A stretch of DNA of 28,536 nucleotides, from assembly GCA_024704765.1 (NCBI GenBank), contig JAKMXF010000089.1, forward strand, positions 1 through 28,536, in the 5' to 3' direction. The notes below the pieces were generated by a model. That model searched no databases. It was not told the DNA's origin and was given only the letters and a program-made list of their open reading frames with translations. The position numbers and the translations under genes are program-made. Source of the DNA: Oopsacas minuta (taxonomy: Eukaryota > Animalia > Porifera). Below are positions 19,871 to 28,536 of the stretch, piece after piece; the first letter of the stretch is position 1; each line of letters starts with the position of its first letter.

Positions 19871-22101
19871 GAAGTAAATGTCTCTCACCATTGTGTTAAA
19901 ATTTTAGCATAAACATAGTTTTTTTCAATTAGATTTATTTCACAAAAGACTACAGTCAAAACCGGTTTTCTCTTACATCGTTATATTCTTCGTTTATTTT
20001 TTATGCTCAAGATAGTTAAGAATGTGGGATTTACATTTTTCTTACTTTATTTCAGTGCAAAGAAATAGTAAGAAAAAGTCTAGCCGACATACTGGTAGTG
20101 CAGCTCAGGGTTATGTATTTTTGTTCTTTCAGGGGGGGCAGGCCCCCTGACCCACAGTGTAAATGCCGCAATGCACAGGACCCGACTGACTTTGGGCTCC
20201 TGGATCTAATAATTATTTCAGCATGTTCCATATCATTCGTCCCCCAATGTACTTCATGTTAAATCCTCAAAGCATATGGATTAAATTCCGAATAATTATC
20301 CTACAATTATTAACCCTGTCTAACTTTGGAAACAAATCTCTAGCATGGTTTTGAATACATGCAAAATGGTGTGAAAATATGAATAATCATAAGATAAATC
20401 TGTGAATTTGTAACTTTCAGACTCTCAAAATCTCAAAATCGGACTCTGCGCACCCAATTATACCCCACAACATGTTGAAACCTAATCTCCTTATAGGAGC
20501 TGTACTATAAACAGTTTCTAAATATTTATTTCTGATGGATAATATCAGATTTCATTTCAAAATCCAAAAATTGTCTTAAAATAGACTTACTTTCTGCTGC
20601 AAATAAAAATGATCTTCAATTTTAGTATTGCATATGAAAATTGGCAGCATTCTATGGACACTTACCCAATTTTAACGATCTGATGCTCTCCTTCAGAGAA
20701 AACATCATGTAACCGAGATAACTAAAGTTTGAATTAATGTCTGATGATAAAATACTGATATAACTAGGGAAAATATCTTGCAGTATATTCTTTGGAAGTA
20801 TTCCAGTAATTTTCCATAAAAACTTGGTGATTCGTATAGTTCGAGTATTATTTATTAAAGAGGGAAATTCAGGCCTATTATGCCGTGTTAATAAAAAACA
20901 AAAACGCCCGAACTATTCTCCATACAATAACCTTCTAAGCTGTTAATTCTAATATTGGAATGAGTGTCAGTTATTTTGCCTGTAAATGATTCTTTCAGTA
21001 AATCCATTAGTAATTATTGGATTTACTGAAAGAAAGTGCCAACTAAGACAAAATTCTATTCTTTATTTGTAAACCTTAGATTAAGCTATCTAAGCCAAAT
21101 CATTTACAACTCATTTGTACTTAAATTCCGGTTATAACTTGCTTGAGTGCACATCCTATTTTGCCTTTCAATTCACTTGTTCTGGGGACCCGAGCACCCT
21201 ACCCCAGCATGTTTGTCACTCCTGTCTATGACTGTGGATATAGTAATAATTCAGTGGAAGATTATGCCTTCATTATCACTTTATACTTAAAATATCCAAA
21301 ACCACTACGTACGTATATCAAATATCTTCTATATCATAATAAGTAAATAATGTAAACAAACTGTTCAAAATGATAACAAAAGAAATAAAAATAATTATTT
21401 ACAAGACAAAATTACTTAACTCAATTAAAGTTTGATAGCTATGTATTAATTTTCAGCTGATTAAAGCCAATTAATAATGTACATACAATGTAAAACCAAC
21501 ACAATGAGATTCCATATGACATTTGTATTATGTTCGTACGGATCAACATAATTAAATTATAATAGCTTGAGAGAGCGTGATAACGATTATCTAACGGCTT
21601 CCAGAGAGTTGGCTTTTATCGTCATTTGTAGTTCTGCCTATTAGTATAAGATTGCAAACAAATTCAATCTAAATGGAGTTATCATAATGTCCACCTACTG
21701 GGGACTGAACTGATACAAACGTACTCATAAAAAAGATGATGTAGTGTAATTGTAATTCGAGTCGAATCAAATTATAATTACCTAGTTAGACTGATTGATA
21801 ATTGAGAGAATTCCTAGCTGTTTAGTCAGAAATATACTAGAAGTATCTTGATTCAGAACTCCACCCAAAACACCACTTCTTTTCTGCCAAGGATTACAAT
21901 TCAACCTGTTAGTGAATAGAAAAGATTTATTACTACCAAACTGAACGTGGTGATGTGGTGGTAGAATAATCAATTTGAGTTTATCATATGGACGTTAATT
22001 TAACCATGGATATAAAACTAAAATGTATTGTCTCAATTTAGTATTTTGAAGATACTCAGCAGCGTAGTATAGTATCATTTATCTAACATACAATGATTTT
22101 A

Positions 22102-22480
22102 CAGTAGATGCCGGTTATAAGTACAATTGAATATACTGTTCTTATATCCGGCATGTCGTCAACAGAGGATATCGCTTATAAGGACACACTTGGGAATAGC
22201 AAAATATGTTCTCATAACCGATGTATTCGTATAACCAGCATAAGCAATACATTAATAATATATGAGAACCCATTTTTCCAGAAGATGGCTACATGTATAT
22301 TTTGTTCCAAACGGAAATTCTTATTAATCTTATATCCGGGATATTAGGGATATATGGCAACCGTTTTCCAATATAATGTTCTTATAACCGGCATGGATTG
22401 TTAAAAATTCAATGGAGTAGAATACAAAAATTCGGTAAATCGAGTTTAGGCCCTTATAACGGGGCTCTTATCTGCCGTAC
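22102..22480. mobile_element. Inverted second copy of the 7959-9133 MITE family, lacking the minisatellite and the nested hAT
   Basis: TA + CAGTAGATGCCGGTTATAAG at 22102. 22350-22445 is a reverse-complement homolog of 8470-8570 (TTTTGTATTCTACTCCAT, AAAACGGTT). The distal end is degenerate and approximate. Confidence 0.7.
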
Positions 22481-22772
22481 TACTAAAGTAATGCTTGAGC
22501 TGTACAAAATTCTATACACATACAGTGGAACAAAGCAATACATAGCGGTTACATAAGAATTTCCAACCATTGAAATCAACCTATGTATTGCGGCTACCTA
22601 TCGAGAACAGTTAGATTCAGACAGGTCTATTCTTAGTAGCTTATTAACTGGTTTCACAGTATACATATTTCATTAGTCCCACATTTCATATGTTAAGGAT
22701 ATTTACCCAATAAACATTGCAATATAATAGTGAATATCTCATTATACAAATATTTGTTACAAAAGTAGAGTC

Positions 22773-25700
22773 TTACCAGTTAGAAGTATTAGAATTATCC
22801 ATAGCTTCGTTACTATGTAAACCTCTCAATTCTAGTGCAAGTTGCTTCTCTAGTTCAATTAATGGTTTTTGAGTTGAAATTATTTCTTTCTCTTTCTTAA
22901 AATGTTCGAGTAAATGCGGGTGAATCAGAACGGTTTCTTCCCAGAGAGTCTGTAGTTCCTTCAAAGATTCTTCTCTCTGTTCTATTAACTTAAGTGCTCT
23001 AGATTTAATTGATTCTAAACTATCCTCTACATTAACCAAACTCTCAGAATCTAGCAAAACAGGAGTTGTATGAATATCAGCTGACACAGGGAATTGGAAT
23101 GTCTGCTTGTCTCCTAAATAGAAACTCCCAAAATTTATGCATTCAGATACGTAGTATTTCCATGCTGCTTTATTGTTGCCAATCTGACAGAGAGTATAGG
23201 GATTGCCTACCACAATAATATGGTCTTTAGCACGTCCTAAAATAGTGTTAAGCAGCTTGGGGTCTTCTAACAACGCAACTGCGTGAGGATCTGCAGCCTT
23301 ATACTCACTCTCAGACAACGTACGGACAGTATTTATTATCAACACACGGTACTCTTTGCCCTGAATTGCTTCAAAAGTTAATACTTCAACTCCATACACT
23401 TTCTCTCTCCTCAGGTAGTCACGGATTAGCCATACCTGTCCGAGATAAAGGGAGAGAACTCCTATTTCTTTACTCTCAAAGCTCTTACTCAGCTCTTTCA
23501 CGATGTGAACAATCTCCTCAGCCTCGGAGGTATTCATGTAGGATGGAAAATTTGCGATTTTACTCTCATTGCCTATAACACCGTGGAATGCCAATGGCTT
23601 CAACTCGTTGTGAGGGATCGACTGCTTTGCACGCATAGGAATTAGAGATTGGTCGTAATAGAGTTTTGACAATAAATTCACAATAGCTGGGGCAGAACGG
23701 TAGTTCTCTTTAAGCAGTATCATGGAGTTGTTCTGGTATACAGGGAGATTGGAGAGTCGCCCCAATAAGGACAGCTCTAGACCGAATCTCTGAGCTATAG
23801 GCGAGCTGAGTTTTGGCGTCACTTGGTATTCATCTCCAGCTATAATTATCTTAGTGAAATGCCCAGCGAGGGAAACAGGGATATTCAGCTCAGGCTCTGA
23901 AATGAGTGCTGCTTCATCTACGATAATGTGAGTGAAGAATTCTTTTGGTAAATTCATTCTCATGAGAAAAGGACATGTGAATACAGTTGTGACTATGATA
24001 CGACAGAATGAAAGGTCTTTCTCGTCAGGAACACTTCCATGATCATCTTTAATAATAGCGTACTGTCTAGCAATGTCATTAAAATGGCTAGTGACACGTC
24101 TTATAGGTGTGAAGAATCGAAATAATTGTTTCAGTCCGGAAGGATGAGCTGTATCTAACCTATTGTTATGTAAAAGAGATAGAGCATGTATGTCTTCTAT
24201 GTATTTGTTAGCAGGAAAGTTGTTTTTGCAGCAAATAAGAATGCGCATTGATCTCTGCTGGCTTCCTAGGATATAGGCTAAATTAGCTAATGTCCAGCTT
24301 TTGCCACATCCAAACGGACCAGAAATAACCGTAGGAATATTCTGGAAAGAGCTGTCTAACGCAGAGGTAATAGCATGTCGTTGTGTAGCAGAAAGATCAG
24401 ATTTTCTCCAGTAGCTTGAGTAATCAGGGTGTAGCTGTGAAGGTGCAGTTTTGTTCCTGACACTAGGAAACACAGTACGAGGGTCAATGAGCTGTAATGC
24501 TTGGTGCATCGTTGAAAAATGAAAATCAATAGAACTCTCCTTGAAGCGTACATCTGCTACTCCACCATACTGCTCACACACAGCTACCATCTCATCTGAC
24601 ACTACAATCCAAATGTAGTCATGTCCTAACTCTACACTGGGACAGTAGTATACAAAATTATGAAGCGCTTTAGGTTTAATAAGAGCGATGTTAGGTGGTC
24701 TTAAGAAATGGAAACCTTCGAACAAAGAACCACACATTTCTAGTTTCAGAAAACTATATCCTTTTCCAGCAAATTCAGTCCCTCCTCTCCCTTTGTCGTA
24801 TTTATCAAATTGATTACAAACTATTTTCCTATTAATTGGTTGGTCTTTGAGATCATAATCAAGGAATATTCTTCTGCATTCATATTCTTCCAAATAGAGC
24901 AACATCTCGAATATACGTTTATAGTTCTTATAGGTTAATTCCTCTTTAAGAACATTCAGGTGTTTCTCATTCTTTATCATCTCGTCGAGATTAACAGGTA
25001 TTTTAGACGTGAATACTTCATTATTAAAATCTCTGTCTAGATATGGAGAATCTATATATTTTACTTGATAGTCTTTATCCCATAACAGAGATTCTCTTTG
25101 CTTCGAAGGAATAAAACTTTTGAATTTAGCTTGCACGTCTTGGGGAGCTTGTATATCATGACATTCTCTGTGAACTAGTACAGCCAATCTTTTCACGATT
25201 TGTAACCGTGAAAAATCGAATATTATCCTAGCATTATACTCACCTAACTCTACTTTAAACTGGACTGGAATTCTCACAGAGCAGTGCTTGTTGATAGCTT
25301 TTTTAAGTTTCAATACAGTACCTCTCCGTTCTGGTGGTGTGTCCACAAGCTCGAACCCACCAGTTTGTCTATCTTGGTATTTGGCTTGGTAAAGACGGAA
25401 TTTTCTATCAAAATCTGTAGTGAGAATCACACCCAATAGCATTTCAACATCTTCTGACAAAGTTGTAACAAGAAAAGTCCACTCGAATATTTTTGGGCTT
25501 TTGTCCAGTTCAATTTGTATTTGAAGCGGTTGATTAATTGGATTAATAATGATACTATTAGGCGAAGATTCGTTGGAATTAGAAAATTTTAAAACATTTT
25601 CAAAATAGAGATCAATATCATTCTCTCCTGGCACACTAGCATTCGGATTGTACAAACTAACACCACGTCCCCTACTAGGCATGTTTTGCATATTATATGG

Positions 25701-26165
25701 CATTCTTGTGTTGCTTTGTAGTTGTTGAGGAGGTCTGTGTATAGGATATTTATAGTATCCAGGGGCAATATGTATATTCTGCTGTATTGTACTGTTTAGA
25801 TCAGTAGTGACAGGAATTTGGGAGAGGTAATGTGTATCTGGATTATGGCTCTGTAACATTGAGTTTTCATGAGTTGCAATTCCTTCCCATATTTCTAATT
25901 CTAGTCTATTATGTGCATATGGACAAGAGCTAAGTTTACACGATTTGTAGTTACCGCAAGCCTTAAGGATGGAGTGCTGAGTCTTCATACGAATACGAAC
26001 ATAATCGTGACTATCTGGGTCTAAAGCTACTGTAGCAGGTTTCCAAGGTCTTCTACACTTACTGCAGTATTCTATCCTATCTCTTTCAATTGTTGTATCA
26101 CTTTTAGATATTGCCTTCATATCTGTAAAACAATTCTCACAAACTATCAATGGGATAACTTCCAT
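22773..26165 (-). CDS. HELZ/HELZ2-like C3H zinc finger, UPF1-like superfamily 1 RNA helicase
   Basis: 1130-aa uninterrupted ORF. N-terminal CxxC..CxxC and C-x5-C-x4-C-x3-H finger (CGNYKSCKLSSCPYAH..ELEIW). Helicase motifs: I GPFGCGKS, II DEAA, III GDEYQVTP, NYRS, V IQGKE, VI LNTILGRAK. Confidence 0.88.
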   Translation of the reverse strand: MEVIPLIVCENCFTDMKAISKSDTTIERDRIEYCSKCRRPWKPATVALDPDSHDYVRIRMKTQHSILKACGNYKSCKLSSCPYAHNRLELEIWEGIATHENSMLQSHNPDTHYLSQIPVTTDLNSTIQQNIHIAPGYYKYPIHRPPQQLQSNTRMPYNMQNMPSRGRGVSLYNPNASVPGENDIDLYFENVLKFSNSNESSPNSIIINPINQPLQIQIELDKSPKIFEWTFLVTTLSEDVEMLLGVILTTDFDRKFRLYQAKYQDRQTGGFELVDTPPERRGTVLKLKKAINKHCSVRIPVQFKVELGEYNARIIFDFSRLQIVKRLAVLVHRECHDIQAPQDVQAKFKSFIPSKQRESLLWDKDYQVKYIDSPYLDRDFNNEVFTSKIPVNLDEMIKNEKHLNVLKEELTYKNYKRIFEMLLYLEEYECRRIFLDYDLKDQPINRKIVCNQFDKYDKGRGGTEFAGKGYSFLKLEMCGSLFEGFHFLRPPNIALIKPKALHNFVYYCPSVELGHDYIWIVVSDEMVAVCEQYGGVADVRFKESSIDFHFSTMHQALQLIDPRTVFPSVRNKTAPSQLHPDYSSYWRKSDLSATQRHAITSALDSSFQNIPTVISGPFGCGKSWTLANLAYILGSQQRSMRILICCKNNFPANKYIEDIHALSLLHNNRLDTAHPSGLKQLFRFFTPIRRVTSHFNDIARQYAIIKDDHGSVPDEKDLSFCRIIVTTVFTCPFLMRMNLPKEFFTHIIVDEAALISEPELNIPVSLAGHFTKIIIAGDEYQVTPKLSSPIAQRFGLELSLLGRLSNLPVYQNNSMILLKENYRSAPAIVNLLSKLYYDQSLIPMRAKQSIPHNELKPLAFHGVIGNESKIANFPSYMNTSEAEEIVHIVKELSKSFESKEIGVLSLYLGQVWLIRDYLRREKVYGVEVLTFEAIQGKEYRVLIINTVRTLSESEYKAADPHAVALLEDPKLLNTILGRAKDHIIVVGNPYTLCQIGNNKAAWKYYVSECINFGSFYLGDKQTFQFPVSADIHTTPVLLDSESLVNVEDSLESIKSRALKLIEQREESLKELQTLWEETVLIHPHLLEHFKKEKEIISTQKPLIELEKQLALELRGLHSNEAMDNSNTSNW

Positions 26166-26211
26166 AACTATTCTAATATCTAATGGAATACAATATTATC
26201 AAACAAATATA

Positions 26212-26683
26212 GAGTGCAAACTATATAAGCGGGATGTATATAAATGGGGAACCTCTATAAGCAGGGAACCTCTATAAGCAGGCCAATTTAGTTTGATTCC
26301 ATAGAAACGAACCTCTATAAGCGGGAATTGAGAAATGGGAGATACCTTTAGATGAATATTACCTTTCAAAGTTCAAATTTACCTTTAAAAGTTTCCAAAT
26401 TAAGTATTTTTAGACTATATTTGCTCAAAAACAAGTATTTATAGCTATGATAATTGAAATCTTTGAATTTCTCATAAAATAATTTCTAGAAATTGTATAC
26501 TCAACCGATTTCTCCCTAGATACTATAAAAATCAATAATTATTTAATATGCCCTCGTGAGAGAAGTGGCTATACAAATAACTCGAAAAACTCTGGTTAAA
26601 GGACATTAGCATTTGAAATAATAAATGTGGGGGATATCAGAAGATTGGCGGTCCTGACCTCTCCACTCATAGAGGTTCTACCG
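26212..26683. mobile_element. pogo/Tigger-like MITE with GAACCTCTATAAGC repeats
   Basis: Right end ATAGAGGTTCTACCG + TA (26684-26685). The degenerate left end GAGTGCAAACTATATAAGCGG follows TA (26210-26211). Internal GAACCTCTATAAGC occurs three times. Confidence 0.7.
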
Positions 26684-28536
26684 TATATCTAATCAAGTGA
26701 ATTTCACAAGGAAATTTTGTAAATACTTCTCTGCATATAATTCTATTACAAATGCCAAAGTAATGAGACCATCAAGAGTAAATGCTATTATCGTCGGTTG
26801 TGGTGTCAAAAATAAGGTGTGAGGAAGCGAATGTAAATAATATATTTTTGCAAAATGTTGGTAGTATACGAAATCCTCTATTAATGATAATGAACAATCT
26901 TTTCCTGTGAACAGAAATTTTGGTCCTCCTGGAAAATTCGATCGGGGGAGGCGTATTCCACCAAATTCTATGCCACTAATTTTGGGCATTAGACGATCTC
27001 CAATTAAAGAATCTAGATCCAGTTCCTTTGTTTGTCCACTTTGTATTATAATGATAGGGGAAGATTATCTGCGTATAATTATAGAGAGTAACAAATCCTT
27101 CTGTTGACGATATAGGAAAGTAAACAATTACATTAGGGCAATCGAGTGTGCTGATTCCGATTTCACACTCTCATATTAATCATATGTAAATGTATTTGTT
27201 GTTTTTATGAATATAAAGTAAACAAATGGTTGAAATATGTATTTATTGATTCAATTTTGTAATTTTATACTTTGCTAAATTAGAGGTATGAAGTGCGTTT
27301 CGAATCCCACGCGAACACAAAGTGTTCGCAAGCTGCGCAGCGCGAGCAAGCGGCACAATTCGTCTTATAGATTTTGTGACAATTCATCAAATATGTATCT
27401 GAACTTCTTCAAAAACATATAAAGAGACACTGATATAATACAGGGGCTAGCTTTCTACGCTTATCTATGAAAAATCTGTCTAGATAACACTTAAAGCTAG
27501 TTACGAGACAGTAGAGCATGGAATATTGTCTCTAGATAGGTCACGAATTTTTTACCGGGAACAATTTTAACCGACCAAAATTGATCCTGGGCCACTTTAG
27601 CCTGACAGTCATCACAGATTGTAATGTATATTATTGCGTGTATGAGTCATAATCATTCAGATACCCTGAATGAACTAAATATCGAATATTTACCAAGAGA
27701 AAGGCAAAGAGAATTGAAATATGCAAGTTATGTGCGGAAATATCAATTTATAGTTTTAGCCAGCCTTATATACTTAAAAGAATATTACTGAATCTTGAAT
27801 TTACCTATATTCGTGATTATAGTTTAATGCATCATCTCCTCACTTTTTCGAACGGATTTACACCACTGGTTGGAAATATATATAAATGCCAGATTATTTA
27901 CAATCCGAGAAATACAAAGATAGAACAACTGATAAGTACGAGAAACAGGTTTTGACTCAGCGCTATTATTATAATCTTCCTTTTGGATTGTGGATCATTG
28001 TGGATTACATTGAATTTAATAAAAGTATAGAAATATAGATTGAATTGAGAGTTTCGAGTAAGTAACTACTTGCGCTGGTTAGTCAGTCTTAATTAAGAAT
28101 ATAGCACTATTACTGGTAGATATCTGGATGGACCTGGATCTTCTCAGAATCATGATCCTACTTTTTCAAATTGATCGACGATCCTCTTCCGGTCCTCAAA
28201 GAGGATCTAGACCCGGATTGTACGATCTTTGATCGAATGTTCCTAATGCCCTAGCCACTATACATAGGATAATATTCCATGGAATTTCGATCATAGATAC
28301 ATAGGCCCCAACCTATACTCTCCATATGCTGGTCATCACACCGTTTTACTGTTTATTAGAAAATAAAGACAATACAGGGTGTTAAGAAATTGATGTCCCA
28401 TTTTATACCATGCATATTTCAATAATGCGAACTAGAAAGGTGTGCTATTTACTTTCCTATGTAATCTCCATTTAATTTTAAACATTTATTAATGCGAGAG
28501 GGCATCCCTGCTATGAGTTTCTCTAGTGTCTCCGGT

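Noticed and set aside
20106-20318. Possible MITE bounded by CAGGGTTA/TAACCCTG
   Set aside because: Only an 8-bp inverted match, and the flanks GTGCAGCT and TCTAACTT do not form a TSD.
27134-28253. Possible hAT element bounded by TAGGGCA/TGCCCTA with GATC-rich repeats at 28120-28240
   Set aside because: No TSD; the two ends may belong to different relics.

Overview
AT-rich eukaryotic genomic DNA, not prokaryotic: no operons, rRNA, tRNA or CRISPR arrays were seen. The gene and transposon content suggests an invertebrate animal. The intronless coiled-coil+NHL family is reminiscent of sponge genomes (inference only). Four complete long ORFs lie on the minus strand, none with an evident intron: a coiled-coil+NHL beta-propeller protein (2991-4220), a PLP-dependent decarboxylase of the bacterial histidine/plant serine decarboxylase type (9377-10597), a SEPT2-group septin (18423-19502) and a C3H zinc finger + UPF1-like SF1 helicase of HELZ/HELZ2 type (22773-26165). 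A second, partial NHL paralog lies at 1-493. Intergenic DNA is dense in non-autonomous DNA transposons (hAT with 8-bp TSDs, Tc1/pogo-like with TA TSDs), several of them nested. There is also a Penelope-like retroelement fragment with a candidate hammerhead ribozyme. Most notable: (i) the atypical decarboxylase with altered active-site motifs, a possible horizontal transfer; (ii) a sharply bounded hypervariable patch between otherwise near-identical NHL paralogs; (iii) the hammerhead candidate; (iv) a 15-bp minisatellite born inside a MITE; (v) a ~914-bp almost fully palindromic foldback element. All calls come from manual reading; no searches were run.
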